From positions 10,850,001 to 10,914,000 of the forward strand of contig NC_043009.1 of the NCBI RefSeq assembly GCF_006345805.1: 64,000 bases of DNA. The letters run 5' to 3'. The DNA is from Octopus sinensis (Eukaryota). Both the position numbers and the translations under genes were made by a program. Below are positions 1 through 12,216 of the stretch, in pieces (positions within the stretch are counted from its first letter, which is position 1; each line of letters opens with the position of its first letter). The notes beneath the pieces were generated by a model, which was not told where the DNA came from, did no database searches, and worked only from the letters and a program-made list of their open reading frames with translations.

Positions 1-209
1 ACCGTTCCTTAAGCACGCAGTGTTTTACAGTAAGTATAAAATACAATTCTTTTGTATGGTGTGATGATGGAGACTGCTATCTCTAAATAACATATATTTC
101 CTCATTGTGAATAATTCTTTTATTTGAATTCCTGTGATGCCGGAATTTTTATTCCCTAATAATAAAATAAAATTTATATTATACATTATATATATATATA
201 TAATATATA

Positions 210-293
<84 letters not shown>

Positions 294-317
294 ATATTAT
301 ATATATATATATATATA

Positions 318-594
318 CGGAGATGTACTTGCATAGCAAGTGATTTGATCTGAGATCGTGTGCTGGAACGAAAATAATTGCAGCGTGGAAGGTGTTTGTA
401 AGCCATTTAAGAAACACACAAAAGCCGTTCGATTCACTTCAACATTTAAGTTTAATTTGTCGATTTTTGTCAGTGAACAGGTCGCGGATTTTAGCGACGA
501 AAATATTTTGACAAATTAGACTTAAATGTTGAAGTGAATCGAACGTCTTTTGTGTGTTTCTTAAATGGCTTACAAACAATTCCACGCTACAATT

Positions 595-598
<4 letters not shown>
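318..598. mobile_element. Fold-back element between two (TA)n tracts, probably a Penelope-like terminal (pLTR) derivative
   Basis: Inverted arms 372-461 and 510-598 (about 90 bp, few mismatches) with a 48-nt spacer; (TA)n at about 187-317 and 599-650; a related single copy lies at 23155-23270. Confidence 0.7.
466..515 (+). ncRNA. Putative minimal type-I hammerhead ribozyme with G3-C8 swapped core
   Basis: TTTGTCA-GTGAACA-G-GTCGC-ggatttta-GCGAC-GAAA-ATATT-T-TGACAAA: 7-bp stem I, 5-bp stem II, GAAA, palindromic stem III (AATATT) and a UUU triplet. Activity untested. Confidence 0.6.
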
Positions 599-646
<48 letters not shown>

Positions 647-650
647 TATA

Positions 651-792
651 TAGGCCTCTTTCAGTTTCCGTCTACAAACTTCACTCACAAGCCCGAGAAA
701 ACACTTGGCCAAGGTGCTGCCACGCAATGAGACTCAAGCCGAAACTATGTGGTTGAGAAGGAAGCTCCTTGTCTTCCAGTCACGCCTGCGTC
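651..792 (-). mobile_element. SINE family A, internally deleted 5' fragment
   Basis: Reverse complement matches the head and ggaaactgaaag segment of full family A copies such as 14841-15254. Confidence 0.75.
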
Positions 793-1404
793 AATATATG
801 TACGCACGCACACACACACACACACCACACACACACACACACATCCATATAAAATATGTGCTTGTGTGTGTTAGAGGTGATACTTAGAAATTAAAACGAG
901 CATTTAGTGATGTAAAGAATCGTAAATAGTTGTAAGATTGATATAAATTTCAATATGGAGATTTACTGCGAGTTGAAATTTCTCTTCAGGGGACTTATTG
1001 AAACAGACTAATTATACAGGAAAATGTTCAATATATAGTATTGCGTACGCAAGGTGGGGGAAAATTATTTATGTGCGAAGAGTGTTCTAAGTTTGGCCTG
1101 CTGTCAAATTGTAGTCGTAAATTTAATTCTTAGTTCTGGAGTTGAAAAAGGTCTTTAAATAAATGTGGCAAAGCAAATAAAATCTTTCTATAAATAGTGG
1201 ATAATTAGTAAGTAATTCGGATTGTAATGAAAAGCCTAAAAGTTCTTTAAAGTCTAAACATTATGGTCATCCAGAGTTGAAAGTTCGTAATGGTTAGCTA
1301 TGGAAAAAGTGCTTCCAAAGAGTGCATCTGTTCTGCATGTACTTCATATACATTCATATGTATGCATGTATGTATATATGTAAATATGTATGTATAATAT
1401 ATAT

Positions 1405-1470
<66 letters not shown>

Positions 1471-1478
1471 TACATATA

Positions 1479-2143
1479 CAAGTGTTGGACACAATAAAGG
1501 AAACACCTTAACATTTCAAGCAAATTTATTTTAATTTTGGACAGGACCACCTTTGGTAGTAATTACAGCTTGAATTTTATGGACTCGTACAAAGTTTGAA
1601 TTGTTTCAAAAGCAACTTTTGTCCATTCTTCAACTAAAACAGTCTCCTGTTCTTGTAGTGATGATGGTGGGGGATATCGACTCCTTACTTGTTTTTCTAA
1701 AATGCACCATAAATGTCCAATAATGTTCAGATCTGTGGACTGTGGTGGCCAGATAAGATGTTCAACTTCACTAGAATGTCCCCCGTGCCATTCACTAACA
1801 ACTTTAGCTGTGTGAACTGGTGCATTTTCATCCTGAAAGATTGTGTTTACCTCCTTTAACAGTCACGCAACTATTGGATGAATTTGTTCAGATAAAATGC
1901 TTAAATAGTCATGACTATTAATTCTCCTATGAAGGGAACCCATTGGACCGGCAGATTTCCAAGATATAATCCCCCAGATAATCACGGATCCTCCTCCTTG
2001 TTTAACAGTTGGAAGAAAGCAGTGTGGGTCAAATGCTTCTTTTGGCTGTCTCCATATGTATACTCGGCTGGTGATCGGAAATAGGGTAAAGGATGACTTG
2101 TCTGAGAAAATAACATTCTTCCACTGATCTAGGGATCAATTGT
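1479..2143 (-). pseudogene. Tc1-family (DD34E) transposase remnant with one TIR; truncated by the assembly gap
   Basis: Minus-strand translation with frameshifts gives WKNVIFSDKSSF...PTVKQGGGSVIIWG...TIFQDENAPVHTAK...WPPQSTDLNIIGHLW...LVEEW, the Tc1 catalytic motifs, with the third acidic residue changed to G. Terminus TA|CAAGTGTTGGACACAATAAAGGAAACACC at 1477-1507. Confidence 0.92.
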
Positions 2144-2243
2144 NNNNNNNNNNNNNNNNNNNNNNNNNNNNNNNNNNNNNNNNNNNNNNNNNNNNNNNNN
2201 NNNNNNNNNNNNNNNNNNNNNNNNNNNNNNNNNNNNNNNNNNN
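2144..2243. other. Assembly gap (100 N)
   Basis: Run of N characters. Confidence 1.
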
Positions 2244-2914
2244 ATATATATAATATATATATATATATATAGAAGTATATATGTATACGATAAATATATT
2301 GGCATTTCGAACGCATGTATTTCAAGTGGCGATATAACGCATAAGTGCGCCGTAACCTACTTTCCTCGGAGATCTTAAAGGAAAAACATTGTTTCAAATT
2401 TATGCCTGTATATATACTCGTACGCTTAAGTAAAACCACAGAAGAAGAACAGAAAAGAGAAAGAAAAAGAGATAATAATTCGCCAAGAGATAAGAAAAGA
2501 ATATATACATTATATTAGTACAAGCGCCCGAGGAGATTGAGAAGTAAATGACATGATAATAATATTGAAAATATACACACCAAGCTTCAAATATTTTAAG
2601 GGAAAAGAATGAGTAATGATAATGCTAAAGGCAAGACAATTAATTTTTCAGGTATGTTCTGTGGTCTCGTCTCTCTTAAGACAAAGATCTTAAAAAATGT
2701 TGGTGTTATTGTCTCGATAGTTACTTCTTAAAATATACGATTATACTTATGCTTTATTAAGCTAAATTACTTATGACACGAATTTTCCTCACCGTGTACA
2801 TTCTTAATGACGAACCGATTCTCCGCTTAAAACTTTCAGGTAAAACTTGGAACGCCTAATTACTAGCAAATAAATGCTGTTATTTACTTGAACGGTAATA
2901 TTCTCCCTTCTCTT

Positions 2915-3150
2915 AAGGCGGCGAGCTGGCAGAAACGTTAGCACACCGGGCGAAATGCGAAGCGGTTTTTCGTCTGCCGTTACGTTCTGAGTTCAAATTC
3001 CGCTGAGGTCGACTTTGCCTTTCATCCTTTCGGGGTCGATTAAATAAGTAACAGTCACGCACTGGGGGTCGATATAATCGACTCAATCCGTGTGTCTGTC
3101 CTTGTTTGTCCCCTCTGTGTTTAGCCCTTTGTGGGTAGTAAAGAAATAGG
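2915..3150 (+). mobile_element. SINE family B, full length, with 21-bp TSD
   Basis: tRNA-like head with B-box GTTCAAATTCC; central gtcgactttgcctttcatcctttcggggtcga segment (resembles the Deu/Nin SINE domain, from memory); TSD ggtaatattct(c/t)ccttctctt at 2894-2914 and 3149-3169. Confidence 0.92.
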
Positions 3151-3279
3151 TAATATTCTTCCTTCTCTTCGTGGACGCAACTGCTATAAATGTTGTTTTG
3201 AATACTGTCGAATACTCTGTCTTGCGGATGAGATTACCACTTGTGTGTTACAGAACATACGCATTATTTCTATTTACAA

Positions 3280-3796
3280 CTAGCAGTATCGCCCGGCGTT
3301 GCTCGGGTTTGTAAGGGAAATAACTATATAAGCATTTTTAGAGAGTTACTTCCCTTATAGATGCCAATTCGGGCTTTCTTAGCCATTTCTGTTTTGGTGT
3401 CTTCAAGCCTTGAAGTCGTTGTTCTAAAAGAACGCTGGTCTCCTTGACAACGCTTTACGACGTTGATTTCCTTACACTGCCTTCCCCACAGCTTCACGAG
3501 GGAGGGAAGAAGGGGGAGAAGCAAACACAGGTGCAGGTGTTTGAGCGTGGACGCCAACTCCGCCGCCATCGACACACGAAAAATTATGCATTAAAATGGA
3601 ATAAAAAATGATGTTAAATTATTTTTAAAATCGTAGACTCATCGTACACGCGCGCTAATAGCCAGACGGGCTCGATATGAATCACGACTATAAGATACCC
3701 AAATTTGGTTAAACTGCACCGCAAAATGTGGGAGTAGTTAGGAATCTAAATCGAAGGGGACAGACACTCACACAACTACAGTTTTATATATATAGA
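3280..3796 (-). mobile_element. Non-autonomous Helitron
   Basis: Minus strand reads A|TCTATATATATAAAAC...CCCGAGCAACGCCGGG-8 nt-CTAG|T: 5' TC, subterminal hairpin, 3' CTAG, inserted in A|T with no TSD. Confidence 0.8.
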
Positions 3797-3959
3797 TAAC
3801 TGCTGTATGTATAAGACATAAGTTCATTTTCGCTTAAACAAACCCTCTTCAACTGTACAGAGCTATTTTCCACAACCATTGTCTGAATTGTGTTCGAGGA
3901 ACAATTAATACTGTTGAAATATATTGACCAAACCTAAATCTATTTCTTTTTTATTATTG

Positions 3960-4353
3960 AAGACGTCGCACAGCATTCAATATTGTGATTTTTATAAATT
4001 GAAGACATTGTGTGCTCCGGGTGTTTGTACTGTCTGTCAAGTCATAACAAGGACCTGAGACAGACGGTACTTTACGCAGTGTGCATGCAATTCCAAGCAA
4101 AGCCGATTTTTGCAATATTCCGAGATTGTAGGGGTATTGCAAAGATTCCAGATGTTTCTTCAGGATTGGGTGGTATTGAACCCGATGCACCGATGACAAC
4201 AGGGATAACCGTTATGCTTGACTATCACAGCTACCACATCTTGGCGATCTCATTTCTCAGGTCTCCATAAATTATCAGCCTCCTCTCTTCCTTTCATGAT
4301 ACGTCGATCGCCTGCAACTGCTATGTCAATTATTAGGCACTCTTGTTTGTCCC
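3960..4353 (-). mobile_element. R4/Dong-type RLE LINE 3' fragment
   Basis: RDKQECLIIDIAVAGD...VIPVVIGASG...LKKHLESL...LGILQKSALLGIACTLRKV is a typical restriction-like endonuclease C-terminus; the 5' end abuts (TAA)n on the same strand. Confidence 0.85.
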
Positions 4354-4413
<60 letters not shown>

Positions 4414-4488
4414 CACTATCATCATTATTATTATTATTATTATTTATCATTATTATTATAATCATTATTATCATTATTATCACTATCA

Positions 4489-4530
<42 letters not shown>

Positions 4531-4604
4531 CTATTATTACTATTATTATTGTTGTTGTTGTTGTTGTTATTATTATTATTATTATTATAACCATTATTAT
4601 CATT

Positions 4605-4658
<54 letters not shown>

Positions 4659-4665
4659 GTTGTTG

Positions 4666-4700
<35 letters not shown>

Positions 4701-4790
4701 GTTGTTGTTGTTATTATTACTATTATTATTATTATCATCATCATCATCATCATTATTATTATTAATGTTGTTGCTGTTGTTATTGTTATT
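4354..4790. repeat. Compound (ATT)n/(ATC)n/(GTT)n microsatellite
   Basis: Direct inspection; source of the poly-I/L/N ORFs. Confidence 0.98.
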
Positions 4791-5229
4791 ATATTTATAT
4801 ATGCTTTTATTTACAGATGTATGCATTTGTTTATACATTTAGTCATTCTTTTTCATTAATAACGGTCATCCATTTTAAGCCATGCATTATGGATGTATCT
4901 CCCTCTTGTGTACACTTATTATTCAACCGTATACGTGTATTATTTATATATCTATTTTTATTGGTTAATTCTATTTCTACTTCATTGAATCAGTTATAGA
5001 TTATCTCTCTCACATAATCTCACTCATAACATTACCCCTTGGGTATCCACTTCGCTTATTAGATTTTAATCTGTAAATCAGCCTACACATAGAAAGATAG
5101 GCTTGTAAGCAACCTTGTCGAATTTTTAGCGCACACTTAGTGCAATTATAGTTGCATTATCTTTCGCTAATAATATTATTAACATTTCAGTTCCATTATC
5201 ATCATCAGCATCAGCATCAGCAGCAGCAA

Positions 5230-5610
5230 GTGGAGGCGCAATGGCCCAGTGGTTATGGCAGCGGACTCGCGCTCGTAGGATTGCGGTTTCGATTCCCAGG
5301 CCGGGCGTTGTGTGTGTTTACTGAGCGAAAACACCTGAAGCTCCACGAGGCTCCGGCACGGAGTGGTGGCGACCCCTGTTGTACTCTTTCGCTCCAACTT
5401 TCTCTCACTCTTTCTTCCTGTTTCTTGTCCCCGACTTCCTACGCAACCGCTGAGCCTGGATACGCATTCATCCATCCGTCGATGCTCTCGGTGTCGGGGG
5501 TTGACCTGCCTTCTCTTCTGCGGGTCTTACAAATAGCAAAGGAACACGTTTCGGACTTCTCCCAAGGGACGAAGACCGCTTTGCTCAGCAAACAAACAAA
5601 CAAACAAACA
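5230..5610 (+). mobile_element. SINE family C (tRNA head) with (CAAA)n-ending tail
   Basis: Head ggaggcgcaatggcccagtggtt...tttcgattccc shared with 47171; a distinct 3' half ends in caaacaaacaaa. Confidence 0.85.
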
Positions 5611-5640
5611 AGCAGCAGCAGCAACAGCAACAGCAGGTGT

Positions 5641-6130
5641 AGTGGAGGTGCAATGGCCCAGTGGTTAGGGCAACGGACACGCGTCGTAAGAACGCGGTTT
5701 CGATTCTCAGACCGGGCATTGTGAGTGTTTATTGAGCAAAAATACCTAAGCTCCCCGAGACTTTGGCGGTGGGGGGATCCCCGCTGTACTCTTTCACCAC
5801 AACTTTCTCTCACTCTTTCTTCATTCTGCCACAAAGCAAAGGAACCATGGTGTAACCCACTATGGTGTGGTAAACTTTCAGACCCTAGTCTAGATTGCGA
5901 ATCCTCTGAACCCCAAGATGGTTCAGCTCTCCACCCGTTAAAAGCCACCGTTTACGGAATGAGGATAACAACGTACCTTTCGCACCCGTGCAACCGCCAG
6001 TCTATCGCGTATGGTGGGTGGATCTTCAAGTTGCCATATGTATTCTTAGTAGCTTAGAGTAGACTCGTATTAGAGATTATTCTTTGTGGCTAATGGCGGG
6101 AGTCCTGATTGAAAGAAGAAGAAGAAGAAG
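5641..6130 (+). mobile_element. SINE family C head with a different (GAA)n-ending tail
   Basis: Same head and body to about 5825, then about 290 bp of unrelated sequence ending gaagaagaagaag. Confidence 0.7.
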
Positions 6131-6430
6131 ACAGCAGCTGTAGCAGCAACATCGTCATTACTATCGTTGTTATATATTTTATATTCTAGCTTGATTTCGC
6201 GGCATTTTTGTAACTAACCGAGTCTCCACCTGAGTACTAAAGCAGGCAAGTATGTTATAACGATAGAAATTTTCTCAAGGGGTGGGCTGTTGGGGTGAGT
6301 GCATTCTTTTGGACATCATATATATTTGATTTTCCAGGTATTTTATCAATGAAGATTGAAGATTCTTCGTTATCCATGCCTAGTCTCCTCTTCCTCCTCC
6401 TCCTTCTCCTCCTCCTCCTCCTCCTCCTCA

Positions 6431-6463
<33 letters not shown>

Positions 6464-6481
6464 CATTATTATTATTATTAT

Positions 6482-6680
6482 TAAGGCGGCCAGCTGGCAG
6501 AATCGTTAGCACGCCGGGCGAAATACTTAGTGGTATTTCGTCTGTCTCTACGTTCTGAGCTCAAGTCTCGCCGAGGTCGACTTTGCCTTTTATCCTTTCG
6601 GTGTCGACGAAATAAGTACCAGTTCCACACTGGTGGTCGATAAAACAGACTAGCCGCCTCCTCCAACATTTCAGGCACTC
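6482..6680 (+). mobile_element. SINE family B variant (alternative 3' tail), directly after (ATT)n
   Basis: aggcggccagctggcagaatcgttagcacg...gtcgactttgcc, diverged. Confidence 0.8.
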
Positions 6681-6850
6681 TGAAGTCATCGTCAGTTACA
6701 CGGTCACAGACACAAACAACAGAAACATAAAACATAAAAAAATACAAATATATTACTCTAAACGAATACATCAAATCCCCGCATAACACCCCTATTCACA
6801 TTTAAAGAATAATAAATGAAGCCAAAAAAAAAAATAGAAAAGGATACATA

Positions 6851-7268
6851 GGCGCAGGAGCAGGAGTGGCTGTATGGTAAGTAGCTTGCTAACCAACCAC
6901 ATGGTTCCAGGTTCAGTCCCACTGCGTGGCATCTTGGGCAAGTGTCTTCTGCTATAGCCTCGGGCCGACCAAGGCCTTGTTAGTGGATTTGGTAGACGGA
7001 AACTGAAAGAAGCCCGTCGTATATATGTATGTATATATATATATATGTGTGTGTGTGTGTTTGTGTGTCTGTATTTGTCCCCCTAGCATTGCTTGACAAC
7101 CGATGCTGATGTGTTTACGTCCCCATCATTTAGCGGCTCGGCAACGGAGACCGATAGAATAAGTACTGGGCTTACAAAAGAATCAGTCCCGGGGTCGATT
7201 TGCTCGACTAAAAGCGGTGCTCCAGCATGGCCACAGTCAAATGACTGAAACAAGTAAAAGAGGTAAAA
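6851..7268 (+). mobile_element. SINE family A, full length
   Basis: tRNA-like head (B-box GTTCAGTCCC), ccttgggcaagtg CORE-like segment, internal (TA)n(TG)n, tail tgactgaaacaagtaaaaga. Confidence 0.92.
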
Positions 7269-7639
7269 ACAATGAAAGCGAAATATCTCAAAGGATATTT
7301 TGCTTTCAGTTATCCAATTTCTTTCGTTGCTCTGGAAGTCTCTATTCTGCTCTTACTGATCTGTTTATGTTTTTATCCAGCACTGTTTTGATCTTTTTGT
7401 TTTAGATCTTGCAGTTCTTTCTGTCTCATGTCGTGGTTCCCTTCCAGTTCGTTCACCCTTCCTCTTCTATGCTATTGCTTGGGTCACTTTAGTCATCTCA
7501 AGCAACAGCAGATCACACTTTTTACTGTGCATGTTATGCTTAGCAACAATATATTATAGAAGGAGGCCAGAATCTGGGAACAAAGTTAGTGTAAAATTTG
7601 TAAAGTTACAGTTTTGTAAGCGTTTTAAAAAAATCAGAT

Positions 7640-7930
7640 GTTTTCATGGTGACAATCTTTCGTAGTTCTGATGTTTTGGTGTTTCCTGGAATTTGGCCTT
7701 AAATTGTGGTATTTCCCCCATAGCAGCGATGATGACAGGTACAGCTGTTCTTATGTACCCCATTCTTGAGTTTTCTCTGTCGAAGTCCTTGTATTTACTT
7801 AACTTTTGAAGTGCTTTTTACAGAAGTGCTGTAGACTGCTGAGCCTGAGATATCTATCAGCAAACACGATTTTATCAACTTAATTTTTTACCACAGCATC
7901 CTAAGTTCCTCATGGTGATTAATATACTCA
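7640..7930 (-). mobile_element. R4/Dong-type RLE LINE fragment, degenerate
   Basis: With frameshifts: DAVVKN*VDK-SCLLIDIS...KYKD...AVPVIIAAMG...PGNTKTSELRKIV, the PD..D RLE region. Confidence 0.75.
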
Positions 7931-7971
7931 TTTTAGGCTAACAGAGCATCCGAAACTAGACGGATCATTAT

Positions 7972-7988
7972 AGTATTATTGTTGTTGT

Positions 7989-8036
<48 letters not shown>

Positions 8037-8235
8037 AACCATCACCACCACCACTACTACTGCTGTTACTACTACTACTACTACTACTACTACAACTACT
8101 ACTACTACTACCACTATTACTACCACTACCACTACTACCACTATTACTAACACTACCACTAATACTACTACTACTATCACCACCAACAACAACACCACAA
8201 CCACCACTACAACCACCACCACCACCACCACCAAT
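7972..8235. repeat. (CTA)n/(CCA)n compound microsatellite
   Basis: Direct inspection. Confidence 0.95.
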
Positions 8236-8697
8236 TTTGGAAAGTGAGGGCAGAGCAATGCTCGAAATATTTTTTAGCTACGTCAATTTCAATCTCTTGA
8301 AACGGAGGTGTACAAAAGAATATTTTAGTCCAATCATTTAGCCAATGGTTCGTGTACGTACATCACACTTTCTGTAAATTTATTGCAGATAGTTTGCCTT
8401 GTAGCATAAATGTGTCTAGAAGTGAAGAACCGGATACGTAGAGTACGAATTAGTACGATGGAATCATATTTTATGAGATGATACAAATGTGAATTCTATG
8501 CAAGGTATACACGGTTTACAGCTGTGTAGGCAGGAAGTTTCATTTTAATGAAATTACGATTTAATTTTCTTCCATAAACTAACAGCAGGCTAAAATTACC
8601 ATCTCATGTTAAAATATTTTTGTTTTAGGCATAATTACAAATCCTCTCTGTTCTTTCTCAGCATATTTATACATATATATGCGTACGTTGATACATT

Positions 8698-8729
<32 letters not shown>

Positions 8730-8888
8730 ATATATATACATGAGCATATACACTCACACACAAAATGCACGTATAACTGTATATATCATACATAGATATA
8801 CATATACATATATATATATATATATACATTTATTTATAAGCATATATGTATATATATATATCCTTATATCTGTCTACCTACACACGCT

Positions 8889-8927
<39 letters not shown>

Positions 8928-10399
8928 CTATCTATCTATCTATCTATCAATCTATCAGTCTATCTATTGATGGTAGATAAATAATGAATTCTTTCTTTTT
9001 TCTTTTTTTCTTTATTTGTTACTTTCGTTCTTTCTTTCTATATATATATATATATATAAGGAGAGAGAGGAATTGTTAGAGATAGACACGCACATATACA
9101 CATGTGCATATATATATCTAATATATGTACATTGACTCACACATATATACATATATGTATGTTTTCATTGAGTGTGTATGAGTGTGTGTCTCAGTGTGTT
9201 TAAGTTTACGCATGACTAGTTTTACATGTTTAAAAAATTTTGAAAGTATTTATGATTCTGCTTTGTTTTTCACTCCCCGGGTTTTCACGCAGAGTTCCGT
9301 TGGATAATCCCCAGCCCTACATACGCACACACATATAGACACATGCAGACATACACTCGCACACATGAATACACACACACAATATTCATGTCCATATAAT
9401 AGCGGATATCTCTCCGAGAGTATGTACCTTTCATCTTCTACTTGTTTTAATCATTAGACTGTGGCCAAGCCGGGGCACCAACTCGGGTATAAAAATTATG
9501 TATGTACACTTATATTCATATTCGCACACATCTTCAGCCTACCTCCAAGAATTCATCAAGCTGGTTGAAATACCTGCATAGACCAGCCAGTTACCTTTAA
9601 ATCTTTCTTAGTCATCTAACGTTACATTTGATAAAAGTATTATTAGATTCACTATTCCTGAAAACAAAGGACAGGCTGGTTATCATTGGAATGCTTTTAA
9701 TGATGTATCAGCTCAATCAACAGCGACTTGGGGCTAAACGGCAAACATAACCTACATGCGAAAACTTATATAATTACATCAAGAACATTATTTGAATTTT
9801 TACTTTTTTATAACACAGTTAATATACATTTCGTTGGTTGAGAAAACGCAATTTAGAACCGTGTCAATTTACTGCTTCTGAAGACATCAAAGAAGATACA
9901 TTTGGCAGAGATCTGTTGCTCTATGCCTATGAATGTCTTCAAAGAATGTAAATGCTATCGAAACGCTGATGTAATGTTGGACAATTTAATTGTCTTTTTG
10001 TTTTTCTTGGCAATAATTGCAATTAGTAACATTCTGACTGAAATTGTAAAATACTAAAACAATACGCATTACATCATAGATTTCTACTTTGGTTATAATC
10101 TTGAATAAGAGTCAAAGCTTTTAGTTTTGGAGAAATTGTTAGAAGTTCTATCTGTTTCGTTTCGTTTTAATCGCCGGCAATTTGTAATATGGACTACAAT
10201 CGGTTCCACACTTGTGATCAGTTAAGTGAAGAAACCAACAACTACGAGTTTATATTTATCTAATTAAAAATATCTTCTTTTCTTTCCTGGTCATTAATTT
10301 CTTCTGATCATTAACATCTTCAAGAGTTTGTGAATTAAATGAGCAAAATGAAAGAATGTTTCAGTGTCATGGAAACACAGTGGAAGAGAGAGTATAGAG

Positions 10400-10620
10400 T
10401 TACCAATTTAAAATCAACATATATTGGTCTAGAATACTGGCACAAGACCAGCAATTTTCGAGGGGGGCGGCAGTCGATGACACAGACTCCATTGCCCAAC
10501 TCGAATGTATTTTATAGACTCCGAAAGGTTGAAAGGCTAAATAAGTGGAGGTAAAGACGGACGAAGTGCTCCTAAGTATTTTGTCCGGCGTGCTAACAGC
10601 TGTGCCAGATCTCTCCCTTA
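10400..10620 (-). mobile_element. Diverged SINE family B variant
   Basis: Recognisable head (gtgctaacagctgtgccag) and caagaccagcaatttt tail piece, also seen at 60690-60880. Confidence 0.6.
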
Positions 10621-11424
10621 AGATCGACATACATTAAATCCTGTTTGGGCTAGCACATCGCTATAGTTCCTGAAGATACATGAGGAAGATTGAATAACAA
10701 ATATATCTACGACGTAGCAATTCAAATCTTCATTCACGTTAATTGGTACTCAGATTTCCCTTTGGTTACTGAGCATTTAGAAGTGAATATTAAAAATGCT
10801 AATTATAAAGAGATTTAAATATCCGAGACACTCTTCAGTCAATCAATAATGTCGCACCTCCAAAATAGAAGTAATGGGCTGCGTAATAACCCCACCCCAC
10901 GCATACACAAGCCCACACTCATACACAAACACGCACAAACACAAACACACCAGACGAAAAGAAGACAAAAGAAATTTCCGTAACACATCTGTTATGATTC
11001 GTCACAATTGTTTCTGTACGAACTCAATTTGCAACGGCAGCACTCCTTTGATTCATGCCTGATGAAGTGCCCCTCTCAAGTCTAAAACTGCAAACATTAC
11101 CTAAATTTTCACTTCGAATGTTTGCGTAAACTAGCATGCAGGTAGAATTGATTCAGACACAATCCTAATGAAACATTAAAGATATGTTAAAATACTTTCT
11201 TTGTCATCTACATATCATTTGGATTATTTACTTTTCGCCATAATCACTCGGATTTTCAACACTTGAGGAATTCCGGCTTTGGCCTGGAAGCCGACAGTAT
11301 TTATAGCCCATAATTCGGGTCGTGTGCTTTTCCGGAAATACCATAACTTTATACCGGATCAGGATCTTACACCACACACACACACACATACGCACACATA
11401 CATTATTATATCTCTATATCTCCC

Positions 11425-11496
<72 letters not shown>

Positions 11497-11682
11497 ATCT
11501 ATCTATCTATCCGTAATAATGAAGGGTGAAATTAATTAATTTGGAATAATTATCAATTACACCAAGTAGTCTTCGGCATGTAAAAGCCTCATTCGAGGAA
11601 AATTTAAGTAATACTAAGCAATAAAGGGTTTAGCAACGAATTGCCTTACCACATACCGAATTTAGAAATAGCAGTCAAAGAG

Positions 11683-11746
<64 letters not shown>

Positions 11747-11775
11747 TCCAGTCAGTCTGTTCGTATACACACATA

Positions 11776-11938
11776 GGCATTGGAATAACTCTGTGGTAAG
11801 TAGCTTGCTTACCAACCACATCGTTCCTGGTTCAGTCCCACTACGTGACACCTTGGGCAAAGTGTCTTCTACTATACTCTCAGGCCGACCAAAGCCTCGT
11901 GAATGGATTTGATAGACGGAAACTGAAAGAAACCCGTC

Positions 11939-11982
<44 letters not shown>

Positions 11983-12156
11983 GTATGTGTGTGTATATTT
12001 TTGTATGTCTGAGTTTGTCCCCCCAATATCTCTTGTGTATTTACGTCCCCGTTAGAATAAGTACTAGGCTTACGAAGAATAAGTTCTAGGGTCGATTTGC
12101 TCTACCAAAGGCGGTGCTCCAGCATGGCCGCAGTCAAATGACTGAAACAAGAAAAA
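11776..12156 (+). mobile_element. SINE family A
   Basis: Matches 6851-7268 with small deletions. Confidence 0.9.
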
Positions 12157-12216
12157 TACCATACATACATACAATATATATATATGATATATATTATATA
12201 TATATATATATATACA

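Noticed and set aside
55-100. tgatgatggaga-ctgcta-tctc hairpin resembling a decayed hammerhead
   Set aside because: It lacks GAAA and a cleavage triplet, and is too close to the window edge to judge.
880-1335. Possible Penelope 3' remnant with CTGAAGAG on the minus strand (about 983-990)
   Set aside because: The frames are full of stops and stems I and II do not pair convincingly; not supportable without a search.
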